Assembly (NCBI GenBank): GCA_963756155.1
Contig: CAVWMQ010000010.1
Coordinates: 8,102 to 72,101, forward strand
Direction: 5' to 3'
DNA length: 64,000 nucleotides
Source: an uncultured delta proteobacterium
Lineage (GTDB): Bacteria; Desulfobacterota; Binatia; Binatales; Binataceae
A program made the position numbers and the translations under genes. Positions within the stretch are counted from its first letter, which is position 1. Every line of letters starts with the position of its first letter. The notes below the pieces were generated by a model that had not been told where the DNA came from, did no database searches, and was given only the letters and a program-made list of their open reading frames with translations. Shown piece by piece: positions 40,313-49,504 of this stretch.

Positions 40313-43300
40313 CTACGCCGCCAGATCTTCGAGCAGCGCCTTTGCCTCTCTCAGGTCAACGGTGTCGAAGCCTTCGCTAAACCAGTCGTAGATTTCACCA
40401 AGCGCAGCGCGCGCCTCCTCGCGGCGTTCCTGGTTGGCGAGCAGACGCGCGAGGCTGGTCGTCGCGCGTAGTTCGTACATCTTTGCTGATTGCTTCTGCG
40501 CAATCTCGATCGCCGTGTGGAAGCAGTGCTTGGCTTCCGCAACGCGGTCGGCGCCGAGCTTGAGCAGCAGTTCGCCCCTGACCCTATGCAGTTGGGACGC
40601 GTCCACCTGGTCGTCGATTCGGGCCAGTGTCTCGAGCGCCGCGGTCACGCGGCAAAGGCTTTCCTGCGGGTCGTGGCCGGCGCCATAAAGCATCGCGAAA
40701 CGGTACTGTGGGGAGAACTCCGAGGGGGCAGGAAACCCTTCGGCTTCGACCTCCGCGAGGATGCGACGCATTTCGGTCGTGCCCTTCTCCAGCTTTCCGA
40801 GGCGGCACAGAGCATCCGCGCGCAGCAGCGACGAGACGCGCGCGATGTGAGTGAGCCCATGATAGTTGGCGACCTGGATGGATAGTTCCGCGAGGTCCAG
40901 CGCCCGCCGCGAATCGCCGCTCTCCAGATGGAGCGCGCCGTCGCACATGCTCGTCACGGCGATCCAGAGCGGTTGGTCCAGCGTCTTGGCGTCGCGGACC
41001 GCGTCGCCTGATTCTCGCAACGCCTTCGCCGGGTAGCCGAGGTTGAAAAGCAGCGCGCTCAACCAATATCGGCTCCACCAGTAACGGCTCCACCAATAAG
41101 TGCTGGAGAAGTTCATGTCGTTGCGCAGCGCGGGGTCAAATAACTCCAGCGCGCGCTCATAGTGCCCCAGCGCAGCGGTGAAATCTCCCGCTACGACCGC
41201 CTCGTGGCCCGCGGCCTCGGAGGCAAAAGTGAGCGCTAACCGGCTGTCACCGAGCGAAAAGTCCCGCGCACCTTCCGCCATTCTCATCAGTTCGGCCGTG
41301 AGCTCGCGCGAGCGCGTAAGCTCACGCCGATTACAATGAAAAGCGCGCGCCACCGCGATCGCGCCAAACAGCTCCCGGTTATCACCGAGCTTCGCCGCCA
41401 GTTCACGCCATCGTTCCAAAGGAGTCAGGAGCTCGACGGCCGCATAGTCTCTGGTCAGCTGGATGCAATTGCACAGCGAGGCCTGCAGCCGCAGTTCACT
41501 CCGATCACGCTTTTCGCCATGAGGAAGCTCGGAGAGTTTGTCCAGCGCGCTGCGGGTCAGCCCCAGCGCGTCGCCGTAGGTAGCGCGTTTCGCCGCTTGC
41601 TTGGCCGCGAGGGTCAGGTACTCGACGGCGCTCTCCGCGTTGCCGCCCCGGTCGTAGTGATGCGCGAGCTCGGACAGATGATCGTCCAGATGGTCGTGCC
41701 ACACCGCGTCGATCGCGGCCGCGATTCGCTCGTGCAGCATCTTGCGCCGCTCGCTCAGAATCGAGTTGTAGGTAACATCGTGCGTGAGCGCGTGCTTGAA
41801 GGCGTACTCGATGTCCCCGCCTGCCACCTGTTCGAAGATGAATTCGCGCTCCTGCAGCGTCGACAGCATCGGTAGCAGTTTTCCCTCCGAGGTCCCGACC
41901 ACGTGCGTCGCAAGTTTCAGCGAGAACTCGGTGCCGATCACCGCCAGCGTCTGCAACAACTGTTTGTGAGCTGGCTCCAGCCGGTCGATGCGCGATGCCA
42001 GCACGGCCTGCACCGTTGCCGGAATGCGCAACTTGTTGACTGATCGCGTGATCTTCGTGTGGCCGTTGCGGACCAGCGTTCCGTCTTCGAACAGCGCCTG
42101 GATCGTCTCTTCGATAAAGAACGGCGTGCCTTCGCTTTTGTCGATAATCAGACGCTTGAGCGGCGCGACTTCCGCGCCCTCGCCCAACAGCGCGGTCAGC
42201 ATCTCGTCGGCGCTTTCTTTGCCGAGCGGCTCCAGCCGCAGTCGCGTGTACGAGGTCCGGTTGCTCCAATCGTGGTTGTATTCGGGCCGATAGTTCACCA
42301 GCAGCAGAACTCGCGAAAACGGAATCGCGTCGGTCAGCAGGTCGAGCAGCGCCTGAGTCTCGTCGTCGATCCAATGGAGGTCCTCGAATATCAGCATCAG
42401 CGGCTGGTCGGCGCTCTCGCGCAGCAGGATGCGCTTGATCGCGTCGACCGTGCGCCGCCGCCGGATCTGAGAATCCATCTGGGCGAGCGGATCGGTGCCC
42501 TCAATCAGGGCCAGCAACCCGAACAGATACGGCAGCGTATCTTCCAGCGAGCGGTCGAGCGTGACGATTCTGCCGTTGACTTTTTCGCGCCGCGTGCGCT
42601 GGTCGTCCTCGGGCGCGATTCGAAAATACGAGTGCAACAGGTCTATCAACGGGAGATACGCGGACGCCTTGCCGTGCGATACCGAGTAGGCCTCCAGCAC
42701 CATCCAGCCGCTCTGATGGCGCAGCTTGAACTCATAGAACAGCCGCGATTTGCCGACCCCCGCCCCCGCGACGACGGCGGCGATCTGACCATGTCCCGTC
42801 CTGGCCTGTTCGGCCGCGCGCGCGATCGCCTGGATCTCGGGCTCGCGCCCGACAAACCTGGTCAGACCGCGGCGCACCGAGAGCTGCAGGCGGGTGCGTA
42901 GCGGCCCCAGGCCGAGCGCTTCGAAAACCTCTACCGGCCCGCTGACGCCTTTGACCCGCGCCGGTCCCAGCGCTTTGAAGGTGAAATAGCCTTCACACAA
43001 TTTCCGCGTGCTCTCGGTAACCGCGATCGATCCGGTCGGCGCGAGCGCCTGCATGCGCGCGGCCAACCCGGTGGAGTGTCCGACCGGAACGTACTCGGTA
43101 TGCGCGTCCGCGGTTTTGAGCGAACGGACCACCACTTCTCCCGTGTTGATCCCGATGCGCGACTCGATCGGCGCCTGCCCCGACTCACGGAGCTTGGCCG
43201 CGTAGCGCCGCAGTTCCTCCTGCATACGCAGCGCCGCATAGAGCGCGCGCTGTGGATGATCTTCGTGAGCGACCGGCGCACCGAACAAAGCGAAGATACC

Positions 43301-43720
43301 GTCGCCGGTCGACTGCGCGACGTAACCCTCGTAGCGATGGACCGCGTCGATCATCAGCTTCAGCGCCGGATCGACGATCGCGCGCGCTTCTTCGGGGTCG
43401 AGATCTTCGATCAGCTCCATCGAGCCCTTGATGTCGGCAAACAGCGCGGTGACGCTCTTGCGTTCGCCGTCGGTGGGTGCGTCCGCGGTCGAGATGCTCA
43501 CCCGCTCGCCGGCGCCATTTTTTTCAGCCGGTGGCTTGTCTGGCCTTGCGCTCGCGCTCCGCTCGGGCGCGGCGAGCGAATTTCCGCATTCCTGACAAAA
43601 CTTTGCGCCGGCGGGATTCTGATAAGTACAGCGTGAACAGCTCTGAGCGAACGGCAGGCCACATCCTACGCAAAACTTTGCATCCTGGGGATTTTTCAAA
43701 TCACAGCCTGAACAGCGCAT
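40313..43720 (-). CDS. STAND-type signalling protein: double zinc-ribbon + class III adenylate/guanylate cyclase + AAA(NACHT-like) ATPase + TPR repeats
   Basis: Likely start MRCSGCDLKNPQDAKFCVGCG…CSRCTYQNPAGAKFCQECG (zinc ribbons). Cyclase core (…VTALFADIKGSMEL…STGDGIFALFGAP…IGINTGEVVV…). Walker A GAGVGKSRL. C-terminal TPR-like helical repeats with an unusual WWSRYWWSRYW duplication. The listed ORF extends to 43894 with an alternative start. Confidence 0.8.
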   Translation of the reverse strand: MRCSGCDLKNPQDAKFCVGCGLPFAQSCSRCTYQNPAGAKFCQECGNSLAAPERSASARPDKPPAEKNGAGERVSISTADAPTDGERKSVTALFADIKGSMELIEDLDPEEARAIVDPALKLMIDAVHRYEGYVAQSTGDGIFALFGAPVAHEDHPQRALYAALRMQEELRRYAAKLRESGQAPIESRIGINTGEVVVRSLKTADAHTEYVPVGHSTGLAARMQALAPTGSIAVTESTRKLCEGYFTFKALGPARVKGVSGPVEVFEALGLGPLRTRLQLSVRRGLTRFVGREPEIQAIARAAEQARTGHGQIAAVVAGAGVGKSRLFYEFKLRHQSGWMVLEAYSVSHGKASAYLPLIDLLHSYFRIAPEDDQRTRREKVNGRIVTLDRSLEDTLPYLFGLLALIEGTDPLAQMDSQIRRRRTVDAIKRILLRESADQPLMLIFEDLHWIDDETQALLDLLTDAIPFSRVLLLVNYRPEYNHDWSNRTSYTRLRLEPLGKESADEMLTALLGEGAEVAPLKRLIIDKSEGTPFFIEETIQALFEDGTLVRNGHTKITRSVNKLRIPATVQAVLASRIDRLEPAHKQLLQTLAVIGTEFSLKLATHVVGTSEGKLLPMLSTLQEREFIFEQVAGGDIEYAFKHALTHDVTYNSILSERRKMLHERIAAAIDAVWHDHLDDHLSELAHHYDRGGNAESAVEYLTLAAKQAAKRATYGDALGLTRSALDKLSELPHGEKRDRSELRLQASLCNCIQLTRDYAAVELLTPLERWRELAAKLGDNRELFGAIAVARAFHCNRRELTRSRELTAELMRMAEGARDFSLGDSRLALTFASEAAGHEAVVAGDFTAALGHYERALELFDPALRNDMNFSSTYWWSRYWWSRYWLSALLFNLGYPAKALRESGDAVRDAKTLDQPLWIAVTSMCDGALHLESGDSRRALDLAELSIQVANYHGLTHIARVSSLLRADALCRLGKLEKGTTEMRRILAEVEAEGFPAPSEFSPQYRFAMLYGAGHDPQESLCRVTAALETLARIDDQVDASQLHRVRGELLLKLGADRVAEAKHCFHTAIEIAQKQSAKMYELRATTSLARLLANQERREEARAALGEIYDWFSEGFDTVDLREAKALLEDLAA

Positions 43721-44086
43721 CGCGACCCTCCCAAATGCTGCGGTACAATAACAAATTGTAGAACGAGCGAATATTTGTGGCAAACGACGCGGCGCCGATA
43801 CCGGGCGGCGCATGCTCGAGGATTTTGCCGCGCTCGCGGTCTTAACCCGGCTAGAGATCCGATCGAAACCCATCGTTAACAGCTGGCGGCCCACACCTTG
43901 GGTGTTCCCGTTTCTTATTCTGAAAGAGCGTCAGAGAGGGGTTACGTGCAGCGGTCGACCTGTTGCTGAAGAATTCGCGCCGCGAAACCGAAGCAATCAG
44001 CGAAGTGTGGGCGCCCTATGACTGTTCACCGAGGGTTTTGATACTCCTATCCTCGCACAGGCCCGAACTCATCTTGACGAGCCTCG

Positions 44087-44430
44087 GTCCTGAAAGTCCC
44101 TGGCGATAGGCAATTTCTCCTGCGTCCTCTAATGATTGCGGAAAGGGTCTCGCAGTTCGAAGTGTCGTAGTACGGCTGGATGATTTGAAGATTGCGGACA
44201 ACCGGATCGCGCGTGGCGGCGAGGTCCTGCACGGCTGCAGGCGTGTCGTACAGAAGCGGTGTCGTCTGATGAGGCAAGAGTTTATCCGAGCCGCTCTACT
44301 CGGGGTCCAGAAATGTAAGCTAGCTTTTCTCGCTTTCGTCAGTCCTGAAACTCCGCTGCTTCCATTGGCGATAGGCATTCTCCGGCGTCGCTTTATGGTT
44401 GCGGAAAGTGTCTCGTAGGAATCGCGAGCA
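44087..44430. repeat. two imperfect ~80-nt direct repeats in a low-GC non-coding stretch
   Basis: Unit 1 at 44087-44170 (tcctgaaagtccctggcgataggcaatttctcctgcgtcctctaatgattgcggaaagggtctcgcag). Unit 2 at 44337-44425 (tcctgaaactccgctgcttccattggcgataggcattctccggcgtcgctttatggttgcggaaagtgtctcgtag). About 85% identity. No convincing ORF covers them. Confidence 0.5.
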
Positions 44431-44569
44431 GAGAAAAGTGGCTCATTTTCGCCCAGAGCGGAAACATCCTACTCTCTACGAGTGCCACGCCAACCGTGAA
44501 TTCACGCGAGAGGATCGCAAAAGGGTACTTTCTGGAGAGTCGGTCGAAGAGAAGCCAGACGCTGCGACT

Positions 44570-44762
44570 CGGTAGCGGAGTGAGTGGGATTTTGAACCGC
44601 CCCTTTACCTCAGCGCTTTGCGCTCGGACCCGATCGCGCAGCAGCGCGCTCGAAGCGGACATTCTGCACTCGGTTCCAACGTCCGCTCATCAGAAATCCC
44701 GACACCTGGCCTCCCGGATCGCGCGTGAAACGAACGCTTATACCGTCGGAGATAGAGGAATT
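44570..44762 (-). repeat. copy A of ~190-bp repeat family with tRNA-Ser-like 3' terminus (most divergent copy)
   Basis: Plus strand tagcggagtgagtgggattttgaacc… …cgaagcggacattctgcactcggttccaacgtccgctcatcagaaatcccgacacctggcctcccggatcgcgcgtgaaacgaacgcttataccgtcggagat. The minus strand ends …GGTTCAAAATCCCACTCACTCCGCTA. It abuts the stop of the GATase gene. Confidence 0.6.
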
Positions 44763-45462
44763 ACTCGATCGAGTTCAGCCACTCGTCGAAACACTTGTGC
44801 GCCTGAATTTCCAGGCGCGCCGCGTAGCGCGCGGTTTCGGCGCGAAGCGCCGTGATGGAAAGCTTCACGCCCGCGAGTTCGCACGCGTGCCCGATGTACC
44901 ATTGCTCGAGCCGTGCCGTGATTGCCTCCGGATGAAACTGGAAGCCGAGCGCGTTGCGGCCCCAGGAGAAAGCCTGATTGCGGCAGATCTCTGTCGATGC
45001 GAGCAGAGTCGCGCCCGCGGGCAAATCGAAGGTATCGCCATGCCAGTGGAGCACCGCAGTATTGTCCTGGCCTAAGTGGCGAACCACCGACTCGCATCCC
45101 GCGGGCCACAGCGTGATTTGACCCCACCCAATTTCCTTGCGTTGGCCCGGATAAACGCGCGCGCCCAGCGCGCGCGCCATCAACTGGGCCCCAAGACATA
45201 TGCCGATCGTCGGCCGCTTCGCGCTCAGCCGCATTTCAAGCAGGTTCAGCTCGTCTTTGAGCGTCGGATAAAGATCATCTTCGTATGCGCCGATTGGTCC
45301 GCCGAGCACGACGACGAGATCCGGCGCGGTCGCATCCAGCGATGCGATGTCATCGACCCCGCAATCGGCGTAACGGACGCGATAGCCGGCGCGCTCGAGC
45401 GCTGGCTCCAGGCTGCCGAGATCTTCGAAGTGCACATGCCTGATCGCTATCGCAGTTTTCAT
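44761..45462 (-). CDS. class I glutamine amidotransferase (GATase1, GuaA-N-like) protein
   Basis: MKTAIAIRHVHFEDLGSLEPALERAGY…VVLGGPIGAYED…IGICLGAQLMARALG…FQFHPE. The Cys-His triad context is present. ATG at about 45462. Confidence 0.8.
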   Translation of the reverse strand: MKTAIAIRHVHFEDLGSLEPALERAGYRVRYADCGVDDIASLDATAPDLVVVLGGPIGAYEDDLYPTLKDELNLLEMRLSAKRPTIGICLGAQLMARALGARVYPGQRKEIGWGQITLWPAGCESVVRHLGQDNTAVLHWHGDTFDLPAGATLLASTEICRNQAFSWGRNALGFQFHPEAITARLEQWYIGHACELAGVKLSITALRAETARYAARLEIQAHKCFDEWLNSIE

Positions 45463-45520
45463 GAGCGGGTGGACCCGAAGCAGTGCGTGCTGCGCGTCGA
45501 GGCGGCGAGTAAAGCGCCCT

Positions 45521-46171
45521 CTATGACGATGTGGGCGTAGCGGAAGCCGCCGACACCAGCAGCACCACCGCATCGCGCTTCCCCAGCGCGGCGAGGCGAT
45601 GCGGCGTGCGCGCGTCGAAATGCGCCGCATCGCCGGGTTGCAGCGAATGCTCTTCGTTTTCGAAAATGAGATTCAACCCGCCCGAAATCACGTACAGCCA
45701 TTCCTCGCCCTCGTGCCGATAGAATTTGTCGTGATGCCGGCTCGCAGGGATTCGCATCTCCATCGCCTGCAAGCCCGTCAGCGCGCCGCCGCCGGAGACT
45801 GCGCGATAGGCAAGACCGTTGGCGATTCTCGGCGCCGAAGTTCCCGAGCGAATAATTCTGCACGGCGGCATCGTCAGTAAGTCGCCATCGAGCAAGGTGC
45901 GCACCGGGATGTTGTAAACCTGCGCCAGGGTCAGCAGTGCCGCGAGCGACGGCTGGCGACCCCCGCTTTCCAGCCGTGACAGGTACGGTTCCGACAACTT
46001 GCTGAGCTTGCTCAGCCTCTCCAGCGTCCAACCGCGCTGACTGCGCAACGTCTTGAGCCGCGTGCCGAGCGAGGAGAGAACCTGCTCGAGCGGTTTCGCG
46101 ATTCCGATTCCAACCGCCATCGAGATTGAACTAACATCAAGCATGCCTGCAGGGCAACCAAGATTGTCCAC
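45521..46171 (-). CDS. XRE-family HTH transcriptional regulator with C-terminal cupin domain
   Basis: …LGTRLKTLRSQRGWTLERLSKLSKLSEPYLSRLESGGRQPSLAALLTLAQVYNIPVRTLL (HTH_XRE)… cupin (…FYRHEGEEWLYVISGGLNLIFENEEHSLQPGDAAHFDARTPHR). Confidence 0.8.
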   Translation of the reverse strand: MDNLGCPAGMLDVSSISMAVGIGIAKPLEQVLSSLGTRLKTLRSQRGWTLERLSKLSKLSEPYLSRLESGGRQPSLAALLTLAQVYNIPVRTLLDGDLLTMPPCRIIRSGTSAPRIANGLAYRAVSGGGALTGLQAMEMRIPASRHHDKFYRHEGEEWLYVISGGLNLIFENEEHSLQPGDAAHFDARTPHRLAALGKRDAVVLLVSAASATPTSS

Positions 46172-46319
46172 CAGGCGCGGTCGCTATCCCTGAGGAGGCA
46201 GCATCCCCACCACCTGGCGCCAGCGGGGAACCCAACGCATGCAAACGCATAACGTCTTACTCGAAAGCGGTTCTTTTTGTCCCTCGCTCTTCTCGACGGT
46301 GACCGTCATTCCCCGCAGG

Positions 46320-47144
46320 TTACGCCCCCTCGATTTTCACCACGTCGCCGCTGCGGATTACTCCTGAGCGTTCGACCGTCGCGTAGACTCCGACGTTTGC
46401 ATGATTGGCCGAAACGGCGGTTTTCAGAATCCCCAGGTCCTTGGGCAGGGCACCCTGCGGCAGCGTGGTCATTACGCAGCGCCCGGTCGCGCAGGTGACT
46501 TTCAAACGCACCCCTTCGCCAATCACCAGCGTGCGTCCGACCCAGGAATTTTCGACGAAGCCCTCCTCCCTCGGCGCTACGATCAGGTTCGGCCGAAAGC
46601 GCCGCGCTTCGAAGCTGCCTTGCGGATAGACGCTCTGAAGTTGCTGCAAGGTCGCGGTGGTAAGTATGTGCACGACCGCGCCGTCGAAAAACGTGTCCGG
46701 CGGCATCGCCTCTTCAGTCACGGTCTCGCGATGGGCCAGATCATCAATATCGGGCCAATACTCCTCGAGCTCCGGACTTTCGGGCGGCTTCGATTGCAGC
46801 GAAACGCTGGCGCCCAGTGCGCGCGACAGCAAGCTGTCGAGATTGGCTTGCGTACTGACCGCCGATGCGCCATCGGGCATCGTGATCCGCACCGGAGGAA
46901 TGCCTTCGTGCATGTCGGGAGGTTCGACATACGCCGCGCGGAAGCCGAACATGCCCGGCCACTTGCGCGGATTTTTTGCGCTGACCACTTTGCCGGTGGC
47001 CAGGTCGACCAACGCATAGGACCGATCGCCCAGTAGTCCGCGTTCGGTGACCAGGCTTGAATTAATTTCCTCCCCCATCATCGACTTCACCGGGTAGCGC
47101 CACAGCGAGACGATCGATCCGGCGGTGTTTGCTTCGTGTTCCAT
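46320..47144 (-). CDS. MOSC domain-containing protein (YcbX-like)
   Basis: …IVSLWRYPVKSMMGEEINSSLVTERGLLGDRSYALVD…FRPNLIV…RCVMTT… (conserved Cys). The likely start is MEHEANTAGS. Confidence 0.8.
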   Translation of the reverse strand: MEHEANTAGSIVSLWRYPVKSMMGEEINSSLVTERGLLGDRSYALVDLATGKVVSAKNPRKWPGMFGFRAAYVEPPDMHEGIPPVRITMPDGASAVSTQANLDSLLSRALGASVSLQSKPPESPELEEYWPDIDDLAHRETVTEEAMPPDTFFDGAVVHILTTATLQQLQSVYPQGSFEARRFRPNLIVAPREEGFVENSWVGRTLVIGEGVRLKVTCATGRCVMTTLPQGALPKDLGILKTAVSANHANVGVYATVERSGVIRSGDVVKIEGA

Positions 47145-47204
47145 GGCTTGTGCGTTCTCCCTCATTTCCGTTTCGCCTCGTCTCGGGCCTTCGCGAGGTC
47201 CGAT

Positions 47205-48662
47205 TCAAGCGGTCGCCTTTTCGCGGGTTTCGATGTCTGGGGCGGCCGCCACTACCAATCTGACCGGCGCGCTAGCGTGTTCAGCGTGAATGCGATTCTT
47301 GACGCTGTCGATGAACTCAGGATTGCGCCGCAGAATCATGAACCAGGTCATTCCGATCGCGAGATAGCCCAGGAAGATGTATGGGAAAATATTGACCGGC
47401 CACGATGGCACCGGATAGACGCTGCCGACCGCCGGGACCATCAGCAACACGACCGATGCTACCGAGAACGCAACCGCGCCCGCGCCGAGTTCACGGCGTT
47501 TGCTGAGATATACCGGGGCCGCAATCGAGATCAGAAAGTAGGCCCCGAGAAAGCCGAAGGCGCCAAATGTTCCGGCGTCGTTGAAGGCGTCGAGAATTTC
47601 GAGCTTGAACACCTGGGTCAGGGCGACCGCGGACAGGAAAATCAGGACTGACATGACGGTCACGGCGACGTGAGGCGTCGCGTTGGTTTCGTGCGAAGTT
47701 CCGATCGAGCTGTGAAACACGCCTAGCTTTCCCATCGGATAGAGGATGCGCGCGCCGGAGTTCATGCACGACAGCGCCAGCGAATAGAAACTCGCCATCG
47801 CACCGAAGGAGAGCGGCGCCTTCAGCCAACCGACCTTCATCATGTCGGAGAGCACGTTGAGCGGCGCATCAATTTTGTCCAGCGTGGTCTTGTAGCCGGT
47901 AAAGCCGAGTACTTCGGTGTAGGAAACGAGCACGAAGAATGCTCCGGTCAGCAGCAGGCTGACAATTACCGCTCTGGGAATCGTCGTGAGCGGATTTCTC
48001 GCTTCTTCGCCAAACGCGGTGGCGCACTCGAATCCGACCAGGCTGAAAATCGCGACCACCACGCCGAGGCTGATTCCTGAGAAGGACGCGCCTTGCAGCC
48101 TAATTTGGGCCGGGTCAATCGCCGATTTCTGGCCGAACAGAACGATCGCGCAGAGCAAAAGAATCAGCGCAACCGACAACCCCTCCACTACCAACATCAA
48201 GCCGCTCGAAAGCCGGATGTCCTTGTAGCCGAGGTACCAGATACTGGCGGCGCATACGACAAACAGCGCCAGAGCCGGCACGTGGATACCCATCATGTCG
48301 AGCAGCGTGCTGGCAAAGATGGTGAAGCCGGTCATGCCCGCGGTGCCGATGAACAGGTAGGCCCACACCAGACACCAACCAGACAGGTTGCCGAGAGTCG
48401 TGCCCAGGCCCATCACCGTGTAGGCGTACATCGAACCCGCGGAGGTCGAGCGCTTGGCAAACTGGTTCAGATTCAGCGCCACGAAGAGCAGCATCACGGT
48501 GCCGAACAGATATGCGAGCCAGCTCGCGTTGCCGGCGTTGCTGTACATCAACGGCACGATCAACGCCGCCGTCATGGTCGGCGAAATAAGCGCGATTGCC
48601 ATCGCGGTGATGCCTGAGAAGCCGAGACATTCCTTGCGTAATGATCCGCTGGATTCACCCAT
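47205..48662 (-). CDS. APC-superfamily amino acid permease
   Basis: About 485 aa with 12 TM helices (…MAIALISPTMTAALIVPLMYSNAGNASWLAYLFGTVMLLFVALNLNQFAKRSTSAGSMYAYT…). The likely ATG is at about 48662. The listed ORF (to 48791) runs through the upstream operator array using an alternative start. Confidence 0.8.
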   Translation of the reverse strand: MGESSGSLRKECLGFSGITAMAIALISPTMTAALIVPLMYSNAGNASWLAYLFGTVMLLFVALNLNQFAKRSTSAGSMYAYTVMGLGTTLGNLSGWCLVWAYLFIGTAGMTGFTIFASTLLDMMGIHVPALALFVVCAASIWYLGYKDIRLSSGLMLVVEGLSVALILLLCAIVLFGQKSAIDPAQIRLQGASFSGISLGVVVAIFSLVGFECATAFGEEARNPLTTIPRAVIVSLLLTGAFFVLVSYTEVLGFTGYKTTLDKIDAPLNVLSDMMKVGWLKAPLSFGAMASFYSLALSCMNSGARILYPMGKLGVFHSSIGTSHETNATPHVAVTVMSVLIFLSAVALTQVFKLEILDAFNDAGTFGAFGFLGAYFLISIAAPVYLSKRRELGAGAVAFSVASVVLLMVPAVGSVYPVPSWPVNIFPYIFLGYLAIGMTWFMILRRNPEFIDSVKNRIHAEHASAPVRLVVAAAPDIETREKATA

Positions 48663-48728
48663 GGAACGTACCTCCAAGCTGCGCGCGCCCGGCACCCGCG
48701 ATGGTGCAAACGGGCTAGCGGTCAAAAA

Positions 48729-48791
48729 TTGCCTGTCAGGCAACCATGCAAGTGAGATGCCTGACAGGCAATGACGCGACCTGTCAGGCAA
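48729..48791. promoter_or_regulatory. array of three 7-1-7 palindromes TTGCCTG-N-CAGGCAA upstream of the APC permease gene
   Basis: ttgcctgtcaggcaa (48729-48743), tgcctgacaggcaa (48758-48771), cctgtcaggcaa (48780-48791). Spacing is about 25 bp, 70-130 nt upstream of the permease ATG. Candidate operator sites for a dimeric regulator. Confidence 0.55.
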
Positions 48792-48920
48792 TCAAGGAGA
48801 AATAACCACCACGCGCAGGCTGGTATGACTCGGCGCGGGTCAGATGACGCCAAATCGAGCAGCGCGGCCGTCGCCGAACCCCCAACCACCGAAAAAAACT
48901 ACTGCCGTCCCGATCGCTGG

Positions 48921-48964
48921 AAGCGAACGTTCCGCACTCGATTCCAACGTCCGCTCATCAGAAG
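48921..48964 (-). repeat. partial copy E of the repeat family (hairpin module only)
   Basis: gaagcgaacgttccgcactcgattccaacgtccgctcatcagaa matches the central module of copies A, B and C. It carries compensating differences in the stem. Confidence 0.5.
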
Positions 48965-49504
48965 GTTTGTCTCGCTTGGCGATCAGGCCGGCCTTGCGCT
49001 TGTCCTTGAGTCGATCGCTGTCACCGTTGATGTTGACGATAATGAAGTGATGCAGAATGACGATCGAGCATCGCAACGGTGAGGACGCTGTCGCCGGCGA
49101 AAGCCGAGTCTCAACTGGTCTCGCTCTCGTGGACTGTTCGAGCTCGATGCGCTGGTCGTTCCGCATGCCGACGTCGAGCAAGCGATCGAGGCGCGCGCAC
49201 GGGAGCTCGGCACCAAAATCCGGCGCGCACACGAGCTGACCGATCTGCACCATGAGGAGGGTCTCGTGAGGGTGGGAGTCATGGGGCCGAGCGGTGCCTA
49301 CGAGGAGCGCAGCCGCTATCTCGCATTCGCTCTGGCCATGGTGACACTGACCCCCTCATCAGGTACAAGGCGGAAGCACCGGCGGAGCGCAGGACTTAAT
49401 TACACAGAGGTATATTCGCGGCTCGCGTTTGAACCGCGCGGAGGGTTTCGCCGCAATCGTTCCCGAAGGAAGAGGTCCCGAGTAGAAGTCACCGAGGAGA
49501 TCCG

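Noticed and set aside
44650-44700. Hammerhead ribozyme at the conserved CUGAUGAG + hairpin in the repeat's central module
   Set aside because: Stem II is followed by CUUCGAG rather than the obligatory GAAA, and no stem III / cleavage-site triplet arrangement can be built. CUGAUGAG alone is insufficient.
47205-48791. Extended N-terminus of the permease ORF (start at 48791)
   Set aside because: The extension is non-hydrophobic and runs across the triple palindrome array. The in-frame ATG at about 48662 with MGESSGS… followed immediately by TM1 is the more plausible start.
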